From: Candidatus Zhuqueibacterota bacterium
GTDB lineage: Bacteria; Zhuqueibacterota; Zhuqueibacteria; Residuimicrobiales; Krinioviventaceae
Reading direction: 5' to 3'
NCBI GenBank assembly: GCA_016929295.1
Contig: JAFGJB010000061.1
Location: forward strand, 5,318 to 69,317
DNA length: 64,000 nt
The notes below the pieces were generated by a model. The model did no database searches. It had not been told where the DNA came from and saw nothing but the letters and a program-made list of their open reading frames with translations. Positions 50,501 through 59,512 of the stretch are shown piece by piece. Position 1 is the stretch's first letter; the number at the start of each line of letters is the position of its first letter. The position numbers and the translations under genes are program-made.

Positions 50501-51402
50501 TCGCTCTCTCCGGCGACGCGTATGGCGATCTCTTGTCCCAGATGAAAGAGCCGTATGTTTCGGGGATCAAGTTGGTCGACGTGCACGCCGGCGTCGCGCA
50601 ACTCCTCTTTGGTCAGCTGTACGATGCCGGCGCAGTCGGTCATTATTTTAAACCAGGTTGATGCCTGGTCCAGGAAAGAAACCGACTTTTTGGCGATCCG
50701 CTGCGGCCGGCGCCACCGCTGCGCGCTTTCATAGTTCAACAGTGTTTTTTCGTGCAGTCGGGAAAAGGCGTTGGGCGTCAGTTGAGCTGAGCTCTGGCCC
50801 GCGTCATGAAAATTGACCGCAAATCTGATGTGGGTCACCTGCATCAGCTTTTGGGTGACGGGATTGTAGCGAAGCGGATAGAAAATGATGGTGGCGATGT
50901 CGATATCGCGCATTGTGCCCCGGCCTTCAATCAGCAGGTTGGCGGAGGGGAAAAATTGATCTCGCGCGTATATAGTGGCATCTTTTTCATAGACATAGAC
51001 CAGGTCATCGGTCGGCAGATCGGACTGCACGAGAGAAGGAGCAGGCATTATGTCCTGTGCGGCGAGATTTTTTTCCGCAATATCAAGGATGGCAAGCGTC
51101 AATTCGCCCGTGGGTGGCACGGCGATGGGGATGCCGCGGCACGGTAGCGCCGGCGCTCCCGGCGCGGCAATCGCCGCATAGCCGGGCAAATGAACGGCAG
51201 CGCCGCGCCCGCGCTGACCGGTCATCATGGTCATCTGCGCCGGCGGCACAGTGATGTCGATGACCAGACCAGAATGGTCGCTCGACAGCAGCTTTGGCTC
51301 GTACTCACGCGCCAAAGCGTCGCCGACAACAGCGTGGAGTGCTGCTGGAAACAGCAAGAATAGCAGGGCGGACAGCCTGCTTTTCAGAGAGCTCAGAACC
51401 AT
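47584..51402 (-). CDS. Peptidase C25 (gingipain/PorU-like) with propeptide and C-terminal FlgD/T9SS-like tail
   Basis: Signal peptide; DYIIIT, IYDEF, VLLVGD, IGRL, NYLGHG (catalytic His), TLSCING (catalytic Cys), LFGDPA; NYPNPF...WDG.D..G..LANGVYLY. Confidence 0.85.
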   Translation of the reverse strand: MVLSSLKSRLSALLFLLFPAALHAVVGDALAREYEPKLLSSDHSGLVIDITVPPAQMTMMTGQRGRGAAVHLPGYAAIAAPGAPALPCRGIPIAVPPTGELTLAILDIAEKNLAAQDIMPAPSLVQSDLPTDDLVYVYEKDATIYARDQFFPSANLLIEGRGTMRDIDIATIIFYPLRYNPVTQKLMQVTHIRFAVNFHDAGQSSAQLTPNAFSRLHEKTLLNYESAQRWRRPQRIAKKSVSFLDQASTWFKIMTDCAGIVQLTKEELRDAGVHVDQLDPRNIRLFHLGQEIAIRVAGESDGIFHDDDYIEFYSRPFKNSYTTTNVYWLAVAASPGKRMAHIDAAPTGYPVLSNGLRFLHIESDRSHHASFPNHTDQEHWFMDSLFTPKSLTYNIDLGSVAATDAGDNSFVLRMQGYASLETVNPDHHTLVQLNGTTILDKWWDGRISWTDTISFAQNILRDGVNQVEIIGPGDTGSFLDWQLVDYFSLTYQGKNHTLLDSLVFTSNRRGAHTIEASGFSSQDIHVYDITDPAQPSYLVNILRVDDTLRFEHENAATTKFLISSQAKKARASAIVRDEPSALRSSQQADYIIITVDDFYLQVDPLANYHASQGLTVQVVQVQDIYDEFGYGIYDREPIKEFLSYAYHQWARPAPTFVLLVGDASWNPRRLRPENADYGGGARSDFIPTRLFEASVKHYEAASDNWFVCVDGPRDALPDMFIGRLAVRSTDELSSVIDKICRYHRLGQKASWMKRAAFVADLGEGGSLAFEDSSDAIIRNYVPDDFGVKRLYLANTPMPAIRENIISTFADSVLTMNYLGHGSVGTWSAKSIFAREDVALLPESDNLPFLLTLSCINGYFAHPNRNYSALAEELSTAEHKGTIAAFSASGEAYPSPLYALSKKLYGSLYQQGDNVVGSFTMAGLLAMYATFPNLVDHLQFYVLFGDPATRLHYGDEASRSSAAYSGRVMINDAAAAKGHQVIAAIDGVEFGRAFIRDEGAFGPLFIAMDDPQTPAKDGGAPGDTIQFLYEFMSDSVILLSPTALWQPDTSFTLTLSAVISRVNSALAVEFYVNDKKAGAEIFSGDPVEKGSLIRISLRHDEGIDIDRDIKLLQNNAVIDPARVNWTTTMNGLPVAECLYSTADLPDGDYQLAVVVKNPDIALENSAEFEFRIRSALSFGQVVNYPNPFSQHTSFTYMIENDRACDVTIKIYTIAGRLIRVIQSADGDVGYNQTYWDGADDYGDRLANGVYLYKIIANDGDEQREIVERLVIMR

Positions 51403-53609
51403 GAAAAATCCAGCAGATCGTTTGCGACGCCAATTCTCACTGTCCCGCCTTTTGCCAATTTTCCAAAGAGGATCTCGTCGGCCAGCACCGACTTTATGTT
51501 CTCCTGGATGACGCGATCGAGCGGTCGCGCCCCAAAAATCGGATCATATCCCTTGTGCGCCAGCCAGGTGGTGGCCTCGGGAGTGAGCTCAATGGTCACT
51601 TTTTTATCAACAAGCTGAATTTCAAGTTCGTGTATGAACTTGATGACGATCTGCTCGACGATCGCCATATCGAGGTGATTGAAATGGATGATGGCGTCGA
51701 GCCGATTACGGAATTCCGGACTGAACTGCTGTTCAACCGCTTTATTGCTTTTATTGGCGGCCTGATCGCCAAAACCGATGCCGCGGGAGCTCATCTCGCG
51801 CGCGCCGGCATTTGAGGTCATGATGAGGATGGTGTTGCGAAAGTCCGCTCGGCGACCGGTGTTGTCAGTCAGCGTGCCATGATCCATCACTTGAAGTAAA
51901 ATATTAAAGAGATCCTGGTGAGCTTTCTCGATTTCATCCAATAGCAGGACGGTGTAGGGGTGCTTGCGAATCGCATCCGTCAGCAAGCCGCCCTGGTCAA
52001 AGCCAACATATCCCGGTGGTGCGCCAATGAGCCTGGCCACCGCGTGCTTTTCCATATATTCACTCATGTCAAAACGTTCAAAATGCACGCCCAGTTGCAG
52101 GGCTAATTGGCGGGCGACCTCGGTTTTGCCGACGCCCGTCGGTCCGGCGAAAAGAAAATTACCGACCGGCTTTTCCGGCCTCCCCAGGCCGGCGCGCGCC
52201 CGTTTAATGGCGGTGACGATCGATTCGATGGCATGATCCTGGCCAAAAATGCAGCTTTTGAGATTGTGCTGCAGAACCTGCAGCTGCTGCTTTTCGGAAA
52301 AGGTCGCCTTTTTCACCGGAATGCGCGCCATTCGCGCGATGATGCGCTCGATATCCGCGACCCCCACGGTGCGGCGCGTTTTCTTCTGTAGCTGCAGATG
52401 AAAAGCCGCCCCCGCTTCATCCATCACATCAATTGCTTTGTCTGGAAGAAAGCGATCATTGATGTATTTTGCCGACAGCTCAACCGCCGCTTGAAGAGCC
52501 GGCTGGGTATATTTGACGTTATGGAACTCTTCATAGCGTGATTTGAGGCCGTGTAATATTTTCACGGTCTCCTCGATGGACGGTTCGGTGATTTCGATCT
52601 TTTGGAATCGTCGTGAAAAGGCATGGTCTTTTTCAAAATGATTTTTATACTCATCGTAGGTCGTCGAGCCGATGCAGCGCACCTCACCCGCGGCGAGAAA
52701 GGGTTTCAGGATATTTGACGCATCCATAGAGCTGCCCGTCGTTGAACCGGCGCCCACGACCGTATGAATTTCGTCAATGAACAGAATGGCATTTTCATGC
52801 TGCTTTATCTCGGCGATGACGTTTTTGAGTCGAGCCTCAAAATCGCCGCGAAACTTTGTGCCGGCCAGCAGAGCGCCCATATCGAGCGCCCAAATTTCAG
52901 CATTGATCAACATATCCGGCACGTCGCCATGATGAATGCGCAGAGCCAATCCCTCGGCGATGGCCGTCTTGCCGACGCCCGATTCACCGACGAATATGGG
53001 ATTGTTTTTTGTCCGCCGGCAGAGGACGTGCATGGTGCGATCTATCTCGTCGATTCGGCCGATGAGCGGATCGATTTTACCGTGCGCGGCCTTTTCGATC
53101 AAATTGTTGGCAAAGCTCTCCAAAGCACTTGTTTTTTTCCCGCCAGCGCTTTTCGCAACTTGATCTTTTTGCTCTTCAAATAAATTGTCGCTGTGTGAAA
53201 TATACTCCAAAATATCCAGTCGGCTGATGCCCTCCGCGGCGAGATAGTAGGCGGCGTGCGAATGCGGCTCTTCAAAAATAGCGGCCAGGATATCGCCAAA
53301 ATTCACGACATCGCCTTCCGAGCGCTCCACATGCACGATCGCTCGCTGAATGACGCGCTGAAAACCAATGGATTGTTGCGGATTTTTGCCATCCTCCGCC
53401 ATTTTCGCCAGTTTGGTCTGGAAAAAATTCTCCAGGTTTTCCTGCAAGCTCTGCACATCGCCACCGCACGCCTGAATGATCTCCGCGCCCTTGTCGCTGA
53501 ACAGCAGCGCATATAAAATATGCTCGGGCGTTGCAAATTCATGCCGGCGTTTGTGCGCTTCACGCAAGGCAGCCTGCAGCGTCATTTGCAGTTCCATTGT
53601 CAACATCAT
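51393..53609 (-). CDS. clpA: ATP-dependent Clp protease ATPase subunit ClpA
   Basis: RHEFATPEH, GESGVGKT, FIDEIH, GPTGVGKT, DMSEYMEKH, IGF ClpP-binding loop, GARPL. Confidence 0.95.
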   Translation of the reverse strand: MMLTMELQMTLQAALREAHKRRHEFATPEHILYALLFSDKGAEIIQACGGDVQSLQENLENFFQTKLAKMAEDGKNPQQSIGFQRVIQRAIVHVERSEGDVVNFGDILAAIFEEPHSHAAYYLAAEGISRLDILEYISHSDNLFEEQKDQVAKSAGGKKTSALESFANNLIEKAAHGKIDPLIGRIDEIDRTMHVLCRRTKNNPIFVGESGVGKTAIAEGLALRIHHGDVPDMLINAEIWALDMGALLAGTKFRGDFEARLKNVIAEIKQHENAILFIDEIHTVVGAGSTTGSSMDASNILKPFLAAGEVRCIGSTTYDEYKNHFEKDHAFSRRFQKIEITEPSIEETVKILHGLKSRYEEFHNVKYTQPALQAAVELSAKYINDRFLPDKAIDVMDEAGAAFHLQLQKKTRRTVGVADIERIIARMARIPVKKATFSEKQQLQVLQHNLKSCIFGQDHAIESIVTAIKRARAGLGRPEKPVGNFLFAGPTGVGKTEVARQLALQLGVHFERFDMSEYMEKHAVARLIGAPPGYVGFDQGGLLTDAIRKHPYTVLLLDEIEKAHQDLFNILLQVMDHGTLTDNTGRRADFRNTILIMTSNAGAREMSSRGIGFGDQAANKSNKAVEQQFSPEFRNRLDAIIHFNHLDMAIVEQIVIKFIHELEIQLVDKKVTIELTPEATTWLAHKGYDPIFGARPLDRVIQENIKSVLADEILFGKLAKGGTVRIGVANDLLDFSWF

Positions 53610-53921
53610 CTATGCTTCCTCCAGGCTGCTTTTCAGCGGAAACTGATTTTGCTTCGCCAGCAGATGCACCTGCGCCACTTTGCACTCTGCCACATCATAC
53701 GGATAAATGCCGCATACGCCGATACCTTTTTGATGCACATGCATCATGATCTGCGTGGCTTCCGCCGGACTTTTATAGAAAATGGTCTCCAGGACATGGA
53801 CGACGAACTCCATGGTCGTATAGTTATCGTTGTGCAGCAGCACTTTGAAGAGCTTGGGCTCGTCTATGTCGATATCTTGCTGCGTAAAGATATCGCTCTG
53901 ATTTTCCGCGTGTTGTCCCAT
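53610..53921 (-). CDS. clpS: Clp protease adaptor ClpS
   Basis: VLLHNDNYTTMEFVV, MMHVHQKG, AECKV, FPL. Confidence 0.95.
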   Translation of the reverse strand: MGQHAENQSDIFTQQDIDIDEPKLFKVLLHNDNYTTMEFVVHVLETIFYKSPAEATQIMMHVHQKGIGVCGIYPYDVAECKVAQVHLLAKQNQFPLKSSLEEA

Positions 53922-54158
53922 GGCGCCTGATAAATTTCATGGAAAAGATAACGATTATCTGAAAATTCAACAATACCTTCTATGTTAACAAATTGAAAAC
54001 AAAAAAGAATTCAATTTAATCTCATTTGCGCATTTTTAGCGCGATCACACCGGTAAAAGTAAAAAAAATCGCGTCTATTTTCGCGGAATAATCCGCGCAA
54101 ATAAATGATTAAAGAGAGTAATGCAAACCTGTACATCATCCGCTCTGGAGGCTCTAAA

Positions 54159-54761
54159 ATGAAAAAGTTGCTGGTATACGCTCTGTTTCTCACCGTACTG
54201 ATCGCCGCTGACTCTTATGCGCTGGTCGGCCTGCGCATCGGCGCGAATGCCAATATCACCCAGCCAAGTGCGACGATCGCATTTGAGCAGCTGACAAATG
54301 ATTCGTTCAATCCCACAGGATTTGGCGTCACCGGATTCGCGATGGCGGATCTCATGCTGCTAAAGATAACCGCCGATATCGGTTACATTGATTTTGGCGA
54401 GCAGTCGTACGAATGGGAAGCGCCGGATGAGTTTCCGACGACGATGAAAAAGGTCTCCGCCCAGGCGAAAGTGACCGCCATCCCGATTCTCGTCGGCTTG
54501 CGCTGGGAAGCGGGTTTGCCAGTCGGCCCGAAATTTCATTTCGGCTTTCAGGCAGGCGTTCACAATTTCACCTATACGTACGAAGGGACGGCAATTGAGA
54601 CGACATTTGTGAACGAAACGGAGACGACCACTGAATTCAGCATCGCTCCCATCATCGGCTTGCGCTGGAGCGCGCTCGAAGCATCACTCCTCTATATGAT
54701 CGTAAAAGACTTTAATTACGTCGGGCTGCGAGTGGGATATACTTTTGGATTTGGTATCTGA
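54159..54761 (+). CDS. Small outer-membrane beta-barrel protein (OmpA/OmpW-like fold)
   Basis: GGAGG RBS, signal peptide, alternating strands, C-terminal GLRVGYTFGF. Confidence 0.7.
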   Translation: MKKLLVYALFLTVLIAADSYALVGLRIGANANITQPSATIAFEQLTNDSFNPTGFGVTGFAMADLMLLKITADIGYIDFGEQSYEWEAPDEFPTTMKKVSAQAKVTAIPILVGLRWEAGLPVGPKFHFGFQAGVHNFTYTYEGTAIETTFVNETETTTEFSIAPIIGLRWSALEASLLYMIVKDFNYVGLRVGYTFGFGI

Positions 54762-54780
54762 TCTCGCTCCTTGTTCTTGA

Positions 54781-55689
54781 TTATCCATTCACCTCTCGCT
54801 GCGCGAGAACGAGCATCTCGTCAAAGAGCAATTTTTGCTGTTGTAAAGCTGCCACCCGATCGGCGGGTTCAGTGCGCGCCTCGAGGAGAATCCATCCTTT
54901 ATAGTCCATGCCGACGAACAGATTCATGAGCTCCTGATAGGGATAGTCACCCTCGCCCAACTCTCGCACATGGACCGTACTGCCAAACCATTTGCTCAGC
55001 ATGTTGAAATTGTGCGCCAGCCCCGGCTCAACGAGATCCTCCGCATTGCTATTCCAGCAGATTTTCACGTTCTCCGCGGTCACTTGATCGAAAATCGCTT
55101 TCATATGCAGCGGAAGCTGGGTCAATAGGCCGTGCACCTCGACGCGAATTTCCTGGCCGTAATCGCGGCCAAACTGACCGACATCATTGAGAGAAGCGGC
55201 TATCTGGGCGATGGTTTTCTCCACCGGCACGCCGTCGGGCAGGTCATTCGGCTTCACCTTGAGGCCACTGGCGCCAATATCATGACACAGTTTGATGAGC
55301 TCATAAGTGCCCTGGATCTGTCTCTTCAGTTCATCGGCATCGGGGGAGTGATATTCCTGATTGGATCCGTAGCCGACGCAGGTGACCGGGCTGTCGGCGA
55401 ATCTTTTCTTGACCTCCTGCCGCTCGGCCGCCGATAACGACGGCTCAACGCCGTGGGCATGCTGCGTCCGTAATTCGACGCCAAGCACATTGCTAGCTGT
55501 GCAGTTCGCAATCAGAGTCGGCAGATCCCAGTCTCTTCCCCAGAGATAGGTGACCAGGCCAAACTGCATGCTGGTCGGACCGGACACCGGCTGCTGTTTT
55601 GCGGAACAGGCAACCAGGCCGCCGAGGACCATCGTGGCGCCGGCTGTTTTGAGAAAATCGCGCCGCGCCAAAATCATTTTTTTTGCCAT
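54781..55689 (-). CDS. Tat-exported sugar phosphate isomerase/epimerase-like TIM barrel (AP_endonuc_2)
   Basis: ARRDFLK Tat motif; GVELRT.HAHGVE, KVKPN, RVEVHG, CWNSN, YKGWILLE. Confidence 0.8.
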   Translation of the reverse strand: MAKKMILARRDFLKTAGATMVLGGLVACSAKQQPVSGPTSMQFGLVTYLWGRDWDLPTLIANCTASNVLGVELRTQHAHGVEPSLSAAERQEVKKRFADSPVTCVGYGSNQEYHSPDADELKRQIQGTYELIKLCHDIGASGLKVKPNDLPDGVPVEKTIAQIAASLNDVGQFGRDYGQEIRVEVHGLLTQLPLHMKAIFDQVTAENVKICWNSNAEDLVEPGLAHNFNMLSKWFGSTVHVRELGEGDYPYQELMNLFVGMDYKGWILLEARTEPADRVAALQQQKLLFDEMLVLAQREVNG

Positions 55690-55930
55690 ATGGGGCTCCT
55701 GCGGTTTCATGATCATACGTCCTGCTGCTATTGAACAAGATGAGAATTTTCAAAGAGAAATTCAACAACAGAATCAGCCGAGATTGTACTTTTTGATTTT
55801 ATCATAGAGCGTTTTGCGATCGATCTGCAAAAATCGCGCGGCTTTGCTGAAGTTAAATTCTGCCTGTACAATATATTGATATTTGTCATCTTTCTCCATC
55901 ATTTTCTCCATTGACAATGACCATTTCAGC

Positions 55931-55959
55931 TTGACATTCTGAATCGAAATGGTTACAAT
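55931..55959 (+). promoter_or_regulatory. sigma70 promoter for the 56017-58260 gene pair
   Basis: TTGACA-N17-TACAAT; overlapped by inverted repeat CCATTTC (55921)...GAAATGG (55946), a possible operator. Confidence 0.6.
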
Positions 55960-56016
55960 AACAGGTTGACATTATTGTCTGAAATGACAGAAGAAAAAAT
56001 AATTGGGAGAATGAAT

Positions 56017-56847
56017 ATGATAAAGCAATCACGGCGGACGTTTTTCAAGACAGCGGTCGCGGCGACGGCGCTGATGCACGCTGACAGGGCGGCGTTGGCG
56101 ATGGGCGGCGAAACGCAATTGACCCTGGGAATGGCTTCCTACACGTTTCGCGACTTTAAGGTGGATGACTGTCTGGAAATGACCAGACGGCTCGGACTGA
56201 CAAAAATCGCCTTCAAAAGCTTCCACCTTGCTCTTGATGCGGACGAGTCGCAGATCGATAAAGTGAAACAAAAGGTGATGGCCGCCGGTCTTGATCTCTA
56301 CGGCGGCGGCGTGATCTATATGCAAAACGAGCAGCAGGTGCACCAGGCGTTTCGCTACGCCAAGGCTGCCGGCATGCGGGTGATCATCGGCGTACCCAAC
56401 CACGATCTCCTGGACCTGGTGGAAGAAAAGGTGAAAGAATCGGATATCGTCCTGGCGATCCACAATCACGGCCCGGGCGATGAGCTCTATCCCACTCCTG
56501 CCAGCGCTTTCGAAAAAATTGCCGATCGCGACAGCCGTATGGGATTGTGCCTCGATATTGGCCATGCACAGCGCGTGGGACTGGATCCTGCGGAAGAGTT
56601 GATCAAGTTCAAGGAGAGAGTGCACGACATTCATATCAAAGATGTTTCCAAAGCAACGGCAGAAGGCCATACTGTCGAGATTGGCCGCGGTGTGATCGAT
56701 ATCCCCAAGTTCGTCAAGACCCTTGTCGAGCACAGCTATCAGGGCATTGTGTCGCTCGAGTATGAAAAAGACAGCAAAGATCCATTGCCAGGCGCTGCCG
56801 AATCGATCGGCTATCTGCGCGGCGTGCTGGCCATGCTGGGAAAATAG
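56017..56847 (+). CDS. Tat-exported AP_endonuc_2 TIM barrel (BT2156-like keto-glycoside lyase/isomerase)
   Basis: SRRTFFK; GMASYTF, AIHNHGP, CLDIGH, IHIKD, EIGRGVID, SLEYEKD. Confidence 0.8.
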   Translation: MIKQSRRTFFKTAVAATALMHADRAALAMGGETQLTLGMASYTFRDFKVDDCLEMTRRLGLTKIAFKSFHLALDADESQIDKVKQKVMAAGLDLYGGGVIYMQNEQQVHQAFRYAKAAGMRVIIGVPNHDLLDLVEEKVKESDIVLAIHNHGPGDELYPTPASAFEKIADRDSRMGLCLDIGHAQRVGLDPAEELIKFKERVHDIHIKDVSKATAEGHTVEIGRGVIDIPKFVKTLVEHSYQGIVSLEYEKDSKDPLPGAAESIGYLRGVLAMLGK

Positions 56848-56871
56848 CCTTTATTCAAAAGGGAGATCGTC

Positions 56872-58260
56872 ATGATCCGCATTATTTCGGCACTGCTCAC
56901 CATCACCATCAGTCTGTTCATTCTCAATTCATGTGACGACGGAAAGGACGACAGCATGAGATTCACTGGCGCCAGAGGCGAGGTTGTCATCATGACGCTG
57001 GATCCGGGCCATTTTCATGCGGCGCTGGTGCAAAAGACCATGTTCGACCAGATCGACCCGACGGTCTATATCTATGCGCCGGATGGCTCTGACGTCGATG
57101 ATCATCTGCGCACGATCGATGGCTATAATTCGCGGGCAGAGAATCCGACCGCCTGGATATCGCGCGTTTATCGGGGTGATGATTTCCTCGACAAAATGAT
57201 CAGCGAAAAACCGGGCAATGTCGCGGTTCTCGCCGGCAATAATCGCCACAAGACAGCCTATATCAAAAAGACGGTTGATGCGGGCATCAATGTTTTAGCC
57301 GATAAACCGATGTGCATCAATGCCGACGGTTTTGAGTTGCTCAAACAAGCCTTTGCGTCCGCCGCACAGAATAATGTCCTGCTTTATGATATCATGACCG
57401 AACGGTATGAAATCACCACCATGCTGCAGAAGGAGCTCGCCGGCATGCCCGCAGTTTTTGGCGAGCTGCAGACGGGCACGGCGGAAGAACCGGCGGTCAC
57501 CAAGGAGAGCGTACACCACTTTTTCAAATATGTATCCGGAAATCCCATCAAACGGCCGGCGTGGTATTTTGACACAAGCCAGCAGGGCGAAGGCATCGTC
57601 GATGTGGCCACTCACCTGGTCGATCTCATCCAGTGGGAATGTTTTCCCGAGCAGATTCTGGACTGTACGACCGATATTGAAATAGTGAGCGCGAAAAGAT
57701 GGCCCACCAAAGTGACGCAAGCGCAGTTTGAAAATGTGACCAGGCTGCGCGACTTTCCCGATTACCTGCAGCCGTATGTCACGGATGGTCTGCTCTTTGT
57801 CCATTCGAACGGTGAATTTGTCTACAAGCTCAAGGGCGTGTACGCCAAGGTGTCGGTCATTTGGAATTATGAAGCGCCGGCCGGGGCCGGCGATACGCAT
57901 TATTCCATCATGCGCGGCACAAAAGCGAACGTCATCATTCGCCAGGGCGCTGCGCAGAATTACAAAGCGGAATTGTACGTTGAGGATGTGCAGGACGATC
58001 CTGCTTTTGGTGCGACGCTTGAGCAGGCGATTGCAAAAATTGCCGCAACATACCCCGGCGTCTCCGTTGCGCAGGAGGCTGATGGCTGGCATGTCACCAT
58101 ACCGCAGTCATACCGAGTGGGACATGAAGCGCACTTTGGTCAGGTGGCGAGCAAATACCTGCAGTATCTGGTTGACGGCAAGCTGCCAGACTGGGAAGTG
58201 CCAAACATGATCGCCAAATATTATACGACCACATCTGCTTTGGAACGCGCGTTGCAATGA
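56872..58260 (+). CDS. Putative oxidoreductase lipoprotein (BT2159-like, Oxidoreduct_C)
   Basis: Lipobox LNSC; TLDPGHFHAALVQK, ADKPM, YDIMTERYE, ESVHHFFK, QGEGIVDV.THLVD, GHEAHF. Confidence 0.8.
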   Translation: MIRIISALLTITISLFILNSCDDGKDDSMRFTGARGEVVIMTLDPGHFHAALVQKTMFDQIDPTVYIYAPDGSDVDDHLRTIDGYNSRAENPTAWISRVYRGDDFLDKMISEKPGNVAVLAGNNRHKTAYIKKTVDAGINVLADKPMCINADGFELLKQAFASAAQNNVLLYDIMTERYEITTMLQKELAGMPAVFGELQTGTAEEPAVTKESVHHFFKYVSGNPIKRPAWYFDTSQQGEGIVDVATHLVDLIQWECFPEQILDCTTDIEIVSAKRWPTKVTQAQFENVTRLRDFPDYLQPYVTDGLLFVHSNGEFVYKLKGVYAKVSVIWNYEAPAGAGDTHYSIMRGTKANVIIRQGAAQNYKAELYVEDVQDDPAFGATLEQAIAKIAATYPGVSVAQEADGWHVTIPQSYRVGHEAHFGQVASKYLQYLVDGKLPDWEVPNMIAKYYTTTSALERALQ

Positions 58261-58267
58261 GACAGGG

Positions 58268-58304
58268 AAAAAAAGGGCTTTCCAGCAGAAGAAAGCCCTT
58301 TTCC
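58268..58304. terminator. Bidirectional intrinsic terminator
   Basis: AAAAGGGCTTTC-loop-GAAAGCCCTTTT between convergent genes. Confidence 0.8.
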
Positions 58305-58306
58305 AC

Positions 58307-59401
58307 TCATGGCAGGAATCCCGGCTCCTGGATGATCATTTCGCTCACCTTGTTATTCCTGATAATATAGGTGATCTCTTCATATCGCCATTCTGCGCCG
58401 CTCTTTTCCAGCGGTTCACCATAGGTGTTGACCAGGTCGGATGACGAGCTGCCGAGGCCGATCAGTTCCGGGGTCAAGCCGTCATATGGCTGCATCATGC
58501 GAATATAACCGACCTGACCACTGCCAAAAAGAATCGGCGAATTGTTTTTAATGCGAAATTCGAGTCCGAGATCGAGATAATCGACGTTGTGAATAAAGAC
58601 CGTTTTTTCCGGTCGGACATAGCCGCTTTGAGTCGGTTTGCCATACAGTCTTTCCACCATCAAATAGGTGTCGCCGATGTTCACATTGGCGGCGCCGACG
58701 CCGGCGTAGACTTCCACTTCGCGTTCGTAGCGGAGATAGACATTGATCTCGTGGCTTCCGCCATTTGACTCTATGGAAACCTTATCCGTGTAATCGCCAT
58801 ATTCGAGCATCTGGACCTGCGCGCGAAACGGTATCTGCTCGGGGTGATTATAGACGGTTCCCGAGTCCACATCAAACTGCAACCACGCCGGCCTGCTCGC
58901 TATTCTCCATTCGAGCTCTCCGCCGCCCTCATTGATGATGATCAGCTCCGAATATCGGTAGTGACGGTCCATGTTAATGATGCCATTCTCAACCTTGAGT
59001 TTGGGCGGCTGATAGCTCAGCTTGACGACAATTGTCACTGCCCCGCCGTTCGAGCTGATCCTGATTTCACCCGTATAGGATCCATAATCCAGTTTATCAA
59101 AACGGGTGGTCAGACGAATTGTCGTCGTATCGCTGGCAGTCAAGCCAATTCCACTCACAGCAGAAACATCAATCCAGTCCGGCTTGGCGTCAATTTTCCA
59201 TTCCAGCTGGCCGCCACCGCCGTTCATCAAATTGAATCGATCCCAACGCTCGCTGCCGGAGAGGGTGATGTCGGTCTGATTCACCGCAATCGCCGGATCC
59301 TTGTTCGGATCACTGCCGGTTACAGAATCGCCGCAGTTGGCCAACATGAGAGCCGCCACGCCGGCAAATATGATCAATAGAGTTCTTTTCATCTTTCTCA
59401 T
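58307..59401 (-). CDS. Lipoprotein with two BACON-like Ig repeats
   Basis: Lipobox LANC; repeats NGGGGQLEWKI..PDWI..YG.Y...I.SNGG and NEGGGELEWRI..PAWL..YG.Y...I.SNGG. Confidence 0.75.
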   Translation of the reverse strand: MRKMKRTLLIIFAGVAALMLANCGDSVTGSDPNKDPAIAVNQTDITLSGSERWDRFNLMNGGGGQLEWKIDAKPDWIDVSAVSGIGLTASDTTTIRLTTRFDKLDYGSYTGEIRISSNGGAVTIVVKLSYQPPKLKVENGIINMDRHYRYSELIIINEGGGELEWRIASRPAWLQFDVDSGTVYNHPEQIPFRAQVQMLEYGDYTDKVSIESNGGSHEINVYLRYEREVEVYAGVGAANVNIGDTYLMVERLYGKPTQSGYVRPEKTVFIHNVDYLDLGLEFRIKNNSPILFGSGQVGYIRMMQPYDGLTPELIGLGSSSSDLVNTYGEPLEKSGAEWRYEEITYIIRNNKVSEMIIQEPGFLP

Positions 59402-59512
59402 TCCTCCTCATACATTGCGATTAACTATGCATCGTAAAGAGAGTTCCATAAATTTACCAGAATCTGCATAATTCCGCAATAGAAAATGTATGCTAATAAA
59501 AATATCTCCACG

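Noticed and set aside
55869-55878. Single CAATATATTG matching the NrdR core
   Set aside because: It is unpaired, lies in AT-rich DNA and sits between sugar-metabolism genes; probably chance.
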